A stretch of 48,487 bases of DNA from Flavobacteriales bacterium (GTDB taxonomy: Bacteria; Bacteroidota; Bacteroidia; Flavobacteriales_D; Crocinitomicaceae). Shown here in pieces: positions 1-9,604 of the stretch; positions within the stretch are counted from its first letter, which is position 1; every line of letters starts with the position of its first letter. Position numbers and translations under genes: made by a program. The stretch spans positions 1 through 48,487 of the forward strand of contig CANHSA010000001.1 in NCBI GenBank assembly GCA_947463345.1. Reading direction: 5' to 3'. The notes below the pieces were generated by a model. It saw nothing but the letters and a program-made list of their open reading frames with translations, was not told the DNA's origin and made no database searches.

Positions 1-1749
1 ATGATCGACGCTGGTTGTGAACTCGTGAGGCTCACCGCCCCGAGTAAAAACGAAGCCGAGAACCTACAAAACATCAAAGATGCGCTGGTTCAAAGAGGTT
101 ATAACACCCCTTTGGTAGCCGATATCCACTTTACGCCAAACGCAGCTGAAATTGCCGCCAAAATTGTCGAAAAAGTACGTGTCAACCCAGGCAACTACGC
201 AGACAAAAAGAAATTCGAAGAAATCGACTACACCGATGACAGCTACCAAGCTGAACTCGACCGCATTGAAGAAAAGTTTACACCCTTAGTGCTCCTTTGC
301 AAAGCAAACGGAACAGCAATGCGTATTGGTACCAACCATGGCTCGCTTTCAGACCGCATCCTCAGCCGTTACGGCGACACCCCAGAAGGAATGGTAGAGT
401 CAGCGTTTGAATTTATCCGCATCTGTGAAAAACACGATTACAAGCAAATGGTCATTTCCATGAAAGCGAGCAACACGCTTGTTATGGTTCAGGCCTATCG
501 CTTACTCATGGCCAAAATGCTTGAAAACGGAGTTGTATACCCTTTACACCTCGGCGTAACAGAAGCTGGCGATGGTGAAGATGGCCGCATTAAATCTGCA
601 GTTGGCATTGGAGCGCTTTTAGAAGACGGCTTGGGCGATACCATTAGGGTTTCACTTACTGAAGCTCCTGAAGCAGAAATACCAGTTGCGCAAAAACTCA
701 TTGCCAAATACAACGCCTACAATCCACACAACTTTGCAGTTCCAAATGGGAACTTAAATTATTCGCCATTTCATTACAGCAAAAGAGAAAGCCACTCCTT
801 TCATAATATCGGCGGAAAAAACACACCTGTTGTTTTGGCAGACCTCTCTTTTGTAGAAGCCATCAAGCCTGCGCATTTCTTTGGTTTTGGATATCAGTAC
901 AGCATTCCGCTCGACAAATGGAACATCCAAGATCAGGCCGCAGATTACGTTTATATCGGAAGCAATGAGCTCGATTTTGAGGTGCCCGGTACCTTAGGAA
1001 TCATCATGGATTTTGACCTTTGGCAAGCGGCATTCAGCCAAAAGGCAGGTTATTATCCGCTGGTCCTACAAGAACAACTTTCTGAAGTGGCCCCTGATCA
1101 AATTTGTTTCTTACCACTTGAAGCCGAAGCTGCACTTCCTCATGAATTGGCAGATAACCCAAATATTTGTATTATTCTCAATACCAAATACAGCAATAAG
1201 ACACAGCTTTATCGTCGTTTCTTCCTTGAATTACAAGAAAAGAATCTACAAAACGCCGTGATTTTATCTTATCAATACGAAACTGCTGAGCTTGAATCTT
1301 TCCAACTCTTTGCAGGGGCCGATGCCGGAGCGCTTTTAATTGACGGTTTCGGCGATGGCATTTGGCTCAATGCCGAATTAGGTGTACAACACATCAATTC
1401 TACAGCATTTGGGATTTTGCAAGCAACCCGTACGCGCATTTCTAAAACAGAATACATTTCTTGCCCTTCTTGTGGTCGTACCTTATTTGACTTACAAGAA
1501 ACCACCGCAAAAATCAGACAGCGCACTGCTCATTTGAAGGGCCTCAAAATTGGGATTATGGGTTGCATCGTAAATGGTCCAGGCGAAATGGCCGATGCAG
1601 ACTACGGTTATGTTGGGACGGGGCCAGGTAAAATCAATCTATACAAAGAAAAGACGATTGTCAAGCGCAATATTGAAGAACTACAAGCTGTAGAAGCACT
1701 TGTTGAGCTCATCAAAGAATACGGAGACTGGCAAGAGCCAAGAGCTTAA
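1..1749 (+). CDS. ispG: 4-hydroxy-3-methylbut-2-enyl diphosphate synthase (IspG/GcpE), 5'-truncated by the window edge; long form with a large central insertion
   Basis: The ORF is open from base 1. The translation has IspG signatures: VRVNPGNY, RIGTNHGSL, and the C-terminal Fe-S cysteines ISCPSCGRT and GCIVNGPGE. A ~250-aa insert lies between the barrel and Fe-S domains. Confidence 0.9.
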   Translation: MIDAGCELVRLTAPSKNEAENLQNIKDALVQRGYNTPLVADIHFTPNAAEIAAKIVEKVRVNPGNYADKKKFEEIDYTDDSYQAELDRIEEKFTPLVLLCKANGTAMRIGTNHGSLSDRILSRYGDTPEGMVESAFEFIRICEKHDYKQMVISMKASNTLVMVQAYRLLMAKMLENGVVYPLHLGVTEAGDGEDGRIKSAVGIGALLEDGLGDTIRVSLTEAPEAEIPVAQKLIAKYNAYNPHNFAVPNGNLNYSPFHYSKRESHSFHNIGGKNTPVVLADLSFVEAIKPAHFFGFGYQYSIPLDKWNIQDQAADYVYIGSNELDFEVPGTLGIIMDFDLWQAAFSQKAGYYPLVLQEQLSEVAPDQICFLPLEAEAALPHELADNPNICIILNTKYSNKTQLYRRFFLELQEKNLQNAVILSYQYETAELESFQLFAGADAGALLIDGFGDGIWLNAELGVQHINSTAFGILQATRTRISKTEYISCPSCGRTLFDLQETTAKIRQRTAHLKGLKIGIMGCIVNGPGEMADADYGYVGTGPGKINLYKEKTIVKRNIEELQAVEALVELIKEYGDWQEPRA

Positions 1750-3392
1750 AAATCAGGTTGACAATTGAGTTCCATCCAATCGTTTGTGAACGGATGATAA
1801 AAACCTAATTTGGCCGCATGCAAGTGTAATCTGTCTGCTTTCTGACCATATAAATCATCGCCTTTAATGGGGCAGTTCAAGCCAAGATGATGCGCCGCAT
1901 GAACGCGCAATTGATGGGTGCGGCCTGTTTTTGGGAATAAACTGATGCGCGTTTCTCCATTTACTGTTTCAAGAACCTCATAGGTGGTATGCGCATAACT
2001 CCCGTGCTCCTCGCAAACCAATTGCCTTGGGCGGTCATCTAAATCAACTCTTAAAGGCAGCTTGATTTCACCTTGCTTTTGTGCCGGAATTCCCGCCAAT
2101 ACAGCTATATATTGCTTTTGTACTTTTCTGAGCACAAACTGCCGCTGCAGGCGCTGATGCATCAGTTTGGTTTTGGCGGCGAGCATTATTCCTGAGGTGG
2201 ACATATCCAAACGGTGTACCAAAAGCGGGCCATCGGCTTCTGGAAAATATTTCTTTAAATCTTCTAAAGAATTGGGCTGGGGGTTTTTGCCCGGTACCGA
2301 TAAATATTCAGGCGCTTTGTTGATGGCAACAATGTAGTCATCTTCGTAAATGATGTCTAAGTCTTTAGGCGGATGTATCGCTATAATTGGATTGGGGTCG
2401 ACATCCAAACCTTGCAACATGTGTCCTAGGATAGGCTCGCATTTACTTTTACAAGACGGATAGAAATGACCGTGAATGCGTACTTCAGAATCGGGTGCCA
2501 TTCCCCACCAAAACTCGGCCATACAGATTGGTTGAAGTTGGTGTTGGTAGGCATATTGCAACAGCTTGGGAGCTGCACACTCTCCCGCTCCGGCTGGCGG
2601 TGATTCTGCAAATAGGCTCAGTACATTTTGGGTTTGGCCTAAGGCATTTAAAAAAGTATAGCGTTCAAATATCCGCTGCTGAACATCTGCAGAATGGGCT
2701 GCTCGCTTGGCTTTTAATTGTTCTATTTCTTCTTTGAATAGGCGCAATTGTTCAGAACGCGCAAGCAACTCTTCTTGGGCTTGTTTTTTTAAGGCCTTCA
2801 GTCGGCGGCTTTCGTGCATGCTTTCTTCCTGAAGTTGGCTTTCAAGAACTGCTATGTTTTCCGGATTCTGAAAAAGTACTTCGCTACGCTTTTGATCACG
2901 TATACTTTTTAATTCCTTGTGTTTAAGTTTTACCTTGTCTATTCGCTGTTGCCATTCTACTTGTAAAACTTGAAAAGCACTCTTTAAATTGTCTAATTCC
3001 TTTGATCCCTCTAGTTGTTCTAATTGAATGGTGTGCTCGTGGATCTCTACTTCTTCTCTTCGAAAAAACCCTTGAGCCTCTAGGATATCAAATACGGGCG
3101 GAACAAAACCAACATGGTGATTTGAATTGCCAAGCTTGCCAGAAAAAGCAGCTAAATAACCTATTTCTCGATCAACATTTTGTACCACTAGTACACCAAA
3201 CATTTTGCCGATTGCTCCCAAACGCTCGGTTCTGCCCAAGCCAAAATCATGGCCAAAACTTTCCGTTTTTAAACGTTGTTGCAATAAATCTACGGCATAC
3301 TTCGCCATAGGATGGACGTCATAGTAAAATGGGAAAGTAAAGCGCTCTGGTAAAGCGGGAGGTTGAAATTCTGATCCAAAAGGGATAAACAT
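1746..3392 (-). CDS. RluA-family pseudouridine synthase with a ~340-aa uncharacterised N-terminal extension (coiled coil plus Cys motifs)
   Basis: The C-terminal ~190 aa carry HRLDMSTSG (catalytic Asp) and GRTHQLRVH. I moved the start to ATG 3392 because codons 3393-3437 of the track ORF are the terminator hairpin of the upstream gene. Confidence 0.85.
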   Translation of the reverse strand: MFIPFGSEFQPPALPERFTFPFYYDVHPMAKYAVDLLQQRLKTESFGHDFGLGRTERLGAIGKMFGVLVVQNVDREIGYLAAFSGKLGNSNHHVGFVPPVFDILEAQGFFRREEVEIHEHTIQLEQLEGSKELDNLKSAFQVLQVEWQQRIDKVKLKHKELKSIRDQKRSEVLFQNPENIAVLESQLQEESMHESRRLKALKKQAQEELLARSEQLRLFKEEIEQLKAKRAAHSADVQQRIFERYTFLNALGQTQNVLSLFAESPPAGAGECAAPKLLQYAYQHQLQPICMAEFWWGMAPDSEVRIHGHFYPSCKSKCEPILGHMLQGLDVDPNPIIAIHPPKDLDIIYEDDYIVAINKAPEYLSVPGKNPQPNSLEDLKKYFPEADGPLLVHRLDMSTSGIMLAAKTKLMHQRLQRQFVLRKVQKQYIAVLAGIPAQKQGEIKLPLRVDLDDRPRQLVCEEHGSYAHTTYEVLETVNGETRISLFPKTGRTHQLRVHAAHHLGLNCPIKGDDLYGQKADRLHLHAAKLGFYHPFTNDWMELNCQPDF

Positions 3393-3404
3393 AAAACAAA
3401 GGTC

Positions 3405-3434
3405 AAAAAAAAACGCCCTCGTAGGAGGGCGTTT
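3405..3434 (-). terminator. Rho-independent terminator of the T9SS thioredoxin-like gene
   Basis: The minus-strand RNA reads AAACGCCCUC-CUAC-GAGGGCGUUU followed by a U-run. It has a 10-bp stem and lies 20 nt after the stop at 3455. Confidence 0.8.
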
Positions 3435-3454
3435 CACATTTCTTTTAAAAGAAA

Positions 3455-4972
3455 TTATTTGATAACTACATTTTTAGTAGTTGTAAGACCGTCTACAGTA
3501 ACAGTTACGATGTAGCTTCCTTTAGCAACGTTTTCAGTTGAGAAAGAAACAACTTGTGTTCCGTTAAGGTTAGTCATGTTTTTTGCAGCGATAACGCGAC
3601 CTTGAAGATCCATTAATGCAACTGCGTAGTCGTTGTTAGTAGCTTCGAAAGAAACGTTTACTTCAGAAGAAGCAGGGTTAGGGAATACATTCATAGCGAT
3701 TGTAGCTAATTCATCCATTCCTAAAGCACCTGTTTTGAAAGCACGTGTATCTAAAGAAGCAAACTCACCACCTGAAGCGATAGTTGTACCGTTTGCATCT
3801 ACCAAAGAGTATGCGCCGTTTCCGTAAGAACAGCAGATACCGTCACCGTAAGTGTCAGCGATTTCGAAAGTATAACATTGGCTTGGGTTGAGTGTTACCA
3901 ATTGTGGTGCTTGAACAGTGATGCCGTTTGCTCCGAGGTCAGTCCAGTTACCGCCACCTTGTGCTACTGTAGCACCTGCGCTGTTTTTGATCACCCATGA
4001 AGTTTCAGATGCATAACGGTCTGTAGTGATGTTTACCGTTACATACTGAGAAACAGCATTTGAAGCAGCAGCAACTGTGGTGTTCATACCATTGTTGGCA
4101 GCTGAAGCATCACCAGCAGTTGTTACAGTTACAGTAAGTGCACCGCCAGTAAAGTTAGCAATTGGTGAACATGTTACGTTAGCTACACCATATGTAGCTA
4201 AGTTACCGCTGTAAGTGCCTGTAGATACTGTAGTTCCACCTTGTGTGATGGTTACAGTAGCAGAAGTAAGTGCAGATGTACCGTTGTTTTGGATGTTCAC
4301 AGATGGCGTGTAAGCACCTTCGCAATGAACTGCCGCACCAGTGTAGTTAATAGCAGCAACGTCAGCAGGAGCTGATGCTGGTGGAGGACACGCAGAAACA
4401 GTAGCATACAATGCTGCTGCACCTAATTGACCAACTTCTTCGATAATGCGGTTAGGGCAAATACGGTAGATTGTTGGAAAATAAGCGATCGCGTAGTCGT
4501 TGTTAATTTGGTTAGCCACAGCAGAAGCTGGGTTAGCCATTGGGAATTGAATTTGGTTACCAGCAGCTGGTTCGATCCAGTTACCGATTGCACCAGAACC
4601 GTCTAACATTGTAGCGTCAGCAGTTTGGCCATCACCTTCAATCCAGATAACCATAACGTCGTCTGTTGTAGTAGAAGAAACACCTGGTGCACCAGCAGGG
4701 CCGTGTGCAGCATAGATATCCTCTAAAGCACCATTAAGGTGGTAGTTCCAGCATGGACCACACCAAGTTGCAGATACATCTAAAAATACAGTGTATCCTT
4801 GGTCAAGGTAGCTGTAAAGTGAGTAAGATCCGTTGCTAGTAGAACCAGCAGTAGATAACCATGGCTGATAAGCAGTCACGGTAAAGTTTGGAGCAATGCT
4901 ACCTGGAGCTAGCTGCGCATTCGCACTAACACCTGCAAGTAACATAGCAGCTGAGAATAATAGTTTTTTCAT
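3455..4972 (-). CDS. Secreted multidomain protein: N-terminal TlpA/thioredoxin-like domain (WCGPC) plus beta-rich domains plus a T9SS type-A C-terminal sorting domain
   Basis: It has a signal peptide (MKKLLFSAAMLLAGVSANAQ). The thioredoxin-like part shows APNFTV...LDVSATWCGPC and a cis-Pro YFPTIY. The C-terminus reads NVFPNPASSEVNVSF...KGSYIVTVTVDG...VVIK, which is typical of a Por/T9SS CTD. Confidence 0.75.
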   Translation of the reverse strand: MKKLLFSAAMLLAGVSANAQLAPGSIAPNFTVTAYQPWLSTAGSTSNGSYSLYSYLDQGYTVFLDVSATWCGPCWNYHLNGALEDIYAAHGPAGAPGVSSTTTDDVMVIWIEGDGQTADATMLDGSGAIGNWIEPAAGNQIQFPMANPASAVANQINNDYAIAYFPTIYRICPNRIIEEVGQLGAAALYATVSACPPPASAPADVAAINYTGAAVHCEGAYTPSVNIQNNGTSALTSATVTITQGGTTVSTGTYSGNLATYGVANVTCSPIANFTGGALTVTVTTAGDASAANNGMNTTVAAASNAVSQYVTVNITTDRYASETSWVIKNSAGATVAQGGGNWTDLGANGITVQAPQLVTLNPSQCYTFEIADTYGDGICCSYGNGAYSLVDANGTTIASGGEFASLDTRAFKTGALGMDELATIAMNVFPNPASSEVNVSFEATNNDYAVALMDLQGRVIAAKNMTNLNGTQVVSFSTENVAKGSYIVTVTVDGLTTTKNVVIK

Positions 4973-5055
4973 GCGTTAAAATTTAAGTTTGGGTAAATAT
5001 AAAGAAATTCCAGTCAAGGAAAAAATACTTCACTACAAAAACAAAGGAAAATTGT

Positions 5056-5850
5056 TTATTTTTTCTTGAGTTGTTCTTTGATGAACAATTCAATAGCACC
5101 TACCATAGAAGGGGCTTTTGGATGTGGGGCGTGTACGTCGAGGCGCAAGTTGTTCTTGAGAACTGCATTAGCTGTTGTTGGACCAAATGCGGCAATTGAG
5201 GTGGTGTTCTGCTTGAAATCGGGGAAGTTTTTGAATAACGATTCGATTCCGCCGGGGCTAAAAAACACTAACATGTCGTAATAGACATCTTCTAAATCAG
5301 AGAGGTCTGCGGCAACTGTGCGGTATAAAATTGCTTTGGTAAACGGAATATTATACTTCTCTAAGGTAAGTGGAATGTTGTCTCGGAGGATATCTGTGCA
5401 AGGCAATAGGAATTTTTCGCCTTTTTGTTTTTTCATGAGCTCAGCTAGCTCGTCAATGGTTTGCTTACCAAAGAAAATTTTTCGCTTGCGATAAGTCACA
5501 TATTTCTGTAGATAAAGTGCTACAGCCTCGGTAATACAAAAATATTTCATGGTGTCAGGCACTTCAAAACGCATGGCTTCAGCCATTCTGAAGAAGTGGT
5601 CAACTGCAACCTTAGAAGTGAGGATGATTGCCGTGTGGGTGGAGATATCTATTTTTTGGGTGCGGAACTCTTTAGGGTCTACACCCTCCACTTTGATAAA
5701 TGGACGGAAATCTATTTTGAGCTTGTATTTGTCAGCTAAATCAAAATAAGGAGATTTATCGCCTTCTGGTTTCGGCTGAGAAACTAATATGGTCTTTATA
5801 GCCAAAGTTGTGGTTTTAGTTAATTGTATTCGCCCGAAAACCAGCGCCAT
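5056..5850 (-). CDS. hemD: Uroporphyrinogen-III synthase (HemD family)
   Basis: The translation ILVSQPKPEGDKSPYFDLADKYKLKIDFRPFIKVEGV is typical of Bacteroidota HemD-like proteins. The start is uncertain: ATG 5850 overlaps the upstream gene, while TTG 5805 would give MAIKTILVSQP. The track start at 5955 lies inside the upstream gene. Confidence 0.7.
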   Translation of the reverse strand: MALVFGRIQLTKTTTLAIKTILVSQPKPEGDKSPYFDLADKYKLKIDFRPFIKVEGVDPKEFRTQKIDISTHTAIILTSKVAVDHFFRMAEAMRFEVPDTMKYFCITEAVALYLQKYVTYRKRKIFFGKQTIDELAELMKKQKGEKFLLPCTDILRDNIPLTLEKYNIPFTKAILYRTVAADLSDLEDVYYDMLVFFSPGGIESLFKNFPDFKQNTTSIAAFGPTTANAVLKNNLRLDVHAPHPKAPSMVGAIELFIKEQLKKK

Positions 5851-6479
5851 ACAAAAAGTATAGGTAGGATTTCCAAGGCGCAAAGGTACAAAATTAAATA
5901 ATACCATTCCAAATTTGCCTGAACACATGCTCGCCATGCCTTGACCAAACGCCAAACATAAGCCCCTAAAAAGAGAACGACAAAGCTGTAATTAAGTAAA
6001 TTATTGGATTGGCCATAAATTAACCAGAGAAAAGAAAGCGCCAAATATACCAAGCCAGAGAAAGACCAAACTTGCTTATTGATTTCCGAAATACCACTTA
6101 CTAGCTTCCAATTATCGGTAAGGAGAAGTGCCATTCGAAAGTTTAATAATTGGAATAATAAAAACCCCACAACAAACAAAAGTGCCATTACGAAAGCTTC
6201 TGTTCTTTGGAAATAGGTCAGAAAAAAAAGAAAGGCACTCAGACAAAATGAGATGAAAAAGTTGGTCAACAATAAAGATTGTGTTTCGGGCCTGATCTTT
6301 TCATCGTCGAAGCCAAAACTCTCTACCCTGCTCAGTTTCCAAAACCGCTTCCAAGATAAAGTCAGGGCATCGGGAGTACTGAACCTCGCATAGGCAATGA
6401 AGGTCAAAGAAAGCAGCGAAACAAATAGCAAATAGCTATTCATTTGGGAGGCTCTTTCTATGAGTTCAAATCTTTGCAT
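5820..6479 (-). CDS. Polytopic membrane protein (DUF4271-like), usual upstream partner of hemD in Bacteroidota
   Basis: The 219-aa product has about six hydrophobic helices. The family call comes from my memory of sequence style and the conserved hemD adjacency, and has not been searched. Confidence 0.55.
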   Translation of the reverse strand: MQRFELIERASQMNSYLLFVSLLSLTFIAYARFSTPDALTLSWKRFWKLSRVESFGFDDEKIRPETQSLLLTNFFISFCLSAFLFFLTYFQRTEAFVMALLFVVGFLLFQLLNFRMALLLTDNWKLVSGISEINKQVWSFSGLVYLALSFLWLIYGQSNNLLNYSFVVLFLGAYVWRLVKAWRACVQANLEWYYLILYLCALEILPILFVWRWFSGEYN

Positions 6480-6542
6480 GTGTAGAATATAGGCTACAAA
6501 AATAATTCAAATTTGCATGCTACAGCTGCACAGATTATTACG

Positions 6543-6550
6543 TACTTTTG
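6543..6550 (+). promoter_or_regulatory. Candidate Bacteroidota -7 box (TACTTTTG) for the acyl-CoA dehydrogenase gene
   Basis: It matches TAnnTTTG and lies 18 nt upstream of ATG 6569. It overlaps the track's TTG start at 6548, which argues for the ATG start. There is no well-spaced -33 TTTG; the nearest is 27 nt away. Confidence 0.35.
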
Positions 6551-6568
6551 TCGCACAAATCAACCATC

Positions 6569-7765
6569 ATGAAAACCGATTTATATCAACACCCTGATTA
6601 CTTCAACATGGACGACCTCCTCTCGGAGGAGCACAAGCTTGTTCGCGACGCAGCAAGAGCATGGGTAAAGAAAGAAGTCTCACCTATTATTGATGAGCAT
6701 TACGAGAAAGCAACCTTCCCAATGCACATCTTAGCTGGGCTAGGCGAAATTGGTGCTTTCGGTCCATACATTCCAGAAGAATATGGCGGGCCTGGCCTCG
6801 ACCAAATTTCTTATGGCCTCATTATGCAAGAACTCGAGCGCTGTGACTCCGGTCTGCGTTCAACTGCATCTGTGCAATCTTCTTTGGTCATGTACCCAAT
6901 TTGGAAATACGGCTCAGAGGCACACAAGCAAAAGTACCTTGCCAAACTCGCTTCTGGCGAAATGATGGGCTGTTTTGGCCTTACTGAGCCAGACTACGGT
7001 TCAAACCCTGGTGGCATGATCACCAATTTCAAAGACGCCGGCGACCACGTCATTCTAAACGGCGCCAAAATGTGGATTTCCAATGCGCCTTTTGCTGATA
7101 TTGCTGTTGTTTGGGCTAAAGACGAAACTGGTCGCATATACGGTATCATCGTAGAACGCGGCATGGAAGGCTTCTCAACACCAGAAATGCACGGCAAACT
7201 TTCTTTGCGCGCTTCTGCAACCGGCGAACTCATCTTCGACAACGTCAAGGTTCCTAAAGAAAATATCCTTCCGGGTCGCTCAGGACTTGGCGCACCACTT
7301 AGTTGTCTCGACTCCGCACGCTTCGGCATCGCATGGGGTGCCCTTGGTGCTGCCATGGACTGCTACGACCAAGCTTTGCGCTATTCAAAAGAGCGCACCC
7401 AATTCAATGTGCCAATCGGTGCATTTCAGTTGATCCAGAAAAAATTAGCTGAAATGATTACCGAAATTACGAAAGCACAATTACTCACTTTCCGACTTGG
7501 TCAATTACGCAACGAAGGAAAGGCTACCTCAGCTCAAATTTCTATGGCCAAACGCAACAATGTCGAGATCGCTCTCAATATTGCTCGCGAAGCGCGTCAA
7601 ATTCATGGCGGAATGGGTATCACTAGTGAGTATTCAATGATGCGCCACATGGCAAATCTTGAATCGGTAGTGACCTACGAAGGCACGCACGACATCCACT
7701 TACTCATTACAGGTATGGACGTTACTGGCATTCCTTCTTTCACAAGAGAAATGCCAAACCTCTAA
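6569..7765 (+). CDS. Acyl-CoA dehydrogenase, glutaryl-CoA dehydrogenase-like
   Basis: The ACAD fold is recognisable from GCFGLTEPDYGSNPGGM, WISNAP, the C-terminal YEGTHDIHLL and RQIHGGMGI. Confidence 0.85.
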   Translation: MKTDLYQHPDYFNMDDLLSEEHKLVRDAARAWVKKEVSPIIDEHYEKATFPMHILAGLGEIGAFGPYIPEEYGGPGLDQISYGLIMQELERCDSGLRSTASVQSSLVMYPIWKYGSEAHKQKYLAKLASGEMMGCFGLTEPDYGSNPGGMITNFKDAGDHVILNGAKMWISNAPFADIAVVWAKDETGRIYGIIVERGMEGFSTPEMHGKLSLRASATGELIFDNVKVPKENILPGRSGLGAPLSCLDSARFGIAWGALGAAMDCYDQALRYSKERTQFNVPIGAFQLIQKKLAEMITEITKAQLLTFRLGQLRNEGKATSAQISMAKRNNVEIALNIAREARQIHGGMGITSEYSMMRHMANLESVVTYEGTHDIHLLITGMDVTGIPSFTREMPNL

Positions 7766-7768
7766 ATC

Positions 7769-9604
7769 TTAGATATCTTCGCTTTCAGAAAGCGCATCTC
7801 CTCGCAAGAGGCGGATGCGCTTTCTTGCTTCTGCGCCAAACAAACTGGCTTTGTACTCCATGAGCAAACGCTTGTATAACCCTTCGGCAGCAGTTTTATC
7901 GAGTAAATTTACTTCATTGATTTCTGCCATCCGAAACAGCGCGTCGTCAGCTAAAATATCCTTGCTATGTAATTTAAGGAGGTCGTCATAGTAGCCTAAA
8001 GCCTTTTGCCATTCGCCACGTTGCTCCATTGCTTGACCCTTGCGATACAAGATTTCGTCTGCTAAAGCGTGATACGGAAAAGCCGTTTGAATACTGTCAA
8101 ACAGTACAAATGCAGAGTCGTATTTATGTTGCGCAATCATGCGGTCAGCCGTAGCAAACCATAACATGACTTGGTAATTGCTATCCAAGCCGTAATTATC
8201 AGTAATAAATACCGATAGCTGAATGGCATCATTGGAAATAAAGCGCGAGGTGCCTTCTTTGAGTACATCTAGCTGAGACTGCGCAAATTCGAATGATCCG
8301 TCGTAATAAAAGATTTTGGCATTCTTGAATTTGGCTTCGGCGCCAATGCTTTCAAATTTAAAATCGTTGTCGATTTGCATATACATAAGAGAGGCCTCCC
8401 AGATGTCTCCGCCCAACACTTGTATGTCGGCAAGTAGCATTTTTGCCTGAGCCCTTTGCATATCGGTGAGCCCTGGCAATTTCATTAATGCTTGCAATTC
8501 TGTAATGGCGGTGTCAATTTGTTGCGCATAAAAAGCCCTGATTTCAGCAAGTTGCAAAGAAACTTGAAAAGTAGCTCTGCCCTTGCCAATTCTGGTCAGT
8601 GCGCGTTCAAAATCGGTGATGCACTGCTGAATTTCTAGCGCATTGAAATTTCGGAGTTGTGTCACTTGAACAAACCGCGTATTTAATAAAGACAACTGAG
8701 CTTCATAAAAATTTGGCAACTCAGGGCCGAGGTCAATGACGTGCTGAAAACAGCGATATGCTTGATCAAAAGCGCTGTTCTCAACGCAGATTAAACCGAG
8801 CTCAAGAACTTCACGGCCGTCGCTTTTCATTCTTTTATCTAAAGCAATTACCTGTGCTGCTGCGCCGCTAAAATCTCGGTTCTGAACAAATAACCAAATG
8901 AGCATTTGGTTCACAACAATTGGTGCGCTTGGCTGCTGTGCCCGTTGTAAAAGCACTTCCTTAGCCAATAAGAAATCTGGGCCCGCAGCTTGGCTTAAAT
9001 CCATTCTCGATCCAATGGCCTGTTGAATTGCCTCTAAAATACCTGGCTGCTGCACTAAATAATCTAAGTAAGCAACGAGCATTGCGCGTTTGTCACCTAC
9101 CAGGGCATAAAAATCAGCGTATTGAAAATTAAAGGGATAGCTTGGCGTTAATTTTTGCCCTATATCCAATGTGCGTTTGGCGTAATCAAACTTGCCTTTC
9201 GCAGCAAAAGCTTGATAAACAGCAATTGTTTGGCCTGGGTTTGGTGTGAGCTCAGACAACAACTCTTCATATATTTTCTTTGCTTTGGTGTCTTCTGCTT
9301 GATCTTCATAAAATTCTCCGGCAAGCAAACGCACCTCATAATCTTGCTTATTCAAGCTCATTTGCTTGCGCAGGACTTTTTCAGCAGTCTTAAAATCTTT
9401 TTGTTCGAGTAAACAAGTGAGGTAAGGTAAAAAAATAGCCTTGCTTTGGTCTTGAAGGTAAATTTTCTCGTAGTAGCCCAACGCTTTGTCTAATTCCGCA
9501 TTATTATAATAATATTGCGCAAGTTGTAAGTCAGTCGCTGTTTGGGCCTGGACTCCCCAAGCGCTTATTAGTAACCAAAACAAGCATACGATTCTAAAGC
9601 TCAT
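7769..9604 (-). CDS. Exported tetratricopeptide-repeat protein
   Basis: It has a signal peptide (LLISAWGVQAQ) and repeated TPR-like A/Y/L patterns throughout. ATG 9604 overlaps the upstream stop (TGATG). Confidence 0.65.
   Translation of the reverse strand: MSFRIVCLFWLLISAWGVQAQTATDLQLAQYYYNNAELDKALGYYEKIYLQDQSKAIFLPYLTCLLEQKDFKTAEKVLRKQMSLNKQDYEVRLLAGEFYEDQAEDTKAKKIYEELLSELTPNPGQTIAVYQAFAAKGKFDYAKRTLDIGQKLTPSYPFNFQYADFYALVGDKRAMLVAYLDYLVQQPGILEAIQQAIGSRMDLSQAAGPDFLLAKEVLLQRAQQPSAPIVVNQMLIWLFVQNRDFSGAAAQVIALDKRMKSDGREVLELGLICVENSAFDQAYRCFQHVIDLGPELPNFYEAQLSLLNTRFVQVTQLRNFNALEIQQCITDFERALTRIGKGRATFQVSLQLAEIRAFYAQQIDTAITELQALMKLPGLTDMQRAQAKMLLADIQVLGGDIWEASLMYMQIDNDFKFESIGAEAKFKNAKIFYYDGSFEFAQSQLDVLKEGTSRFISNDAIQLSVFITDNYGLDSNYQVMLWFATADRMIAQHKYDSAFVLFDSIQTAFPYHALADEILYRKGQAMEQRGEWQKALGYYDDLLKLHSKDILADDALFRMAEINEVNLLDKTAAEGLYKRLLMEYKASLFGAEARKRIRLLRGDALSESEDI

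Noticed and set aside
3393-3437. N-terminal 15 codons (MKRPPTRAFFFDLCF) of the track ORF 1746..3437
   Set aside because: These codons are the GC-rich stem and U-tract of the terminator of the upstream gene. The next ATG, at 3392, is the credible start.
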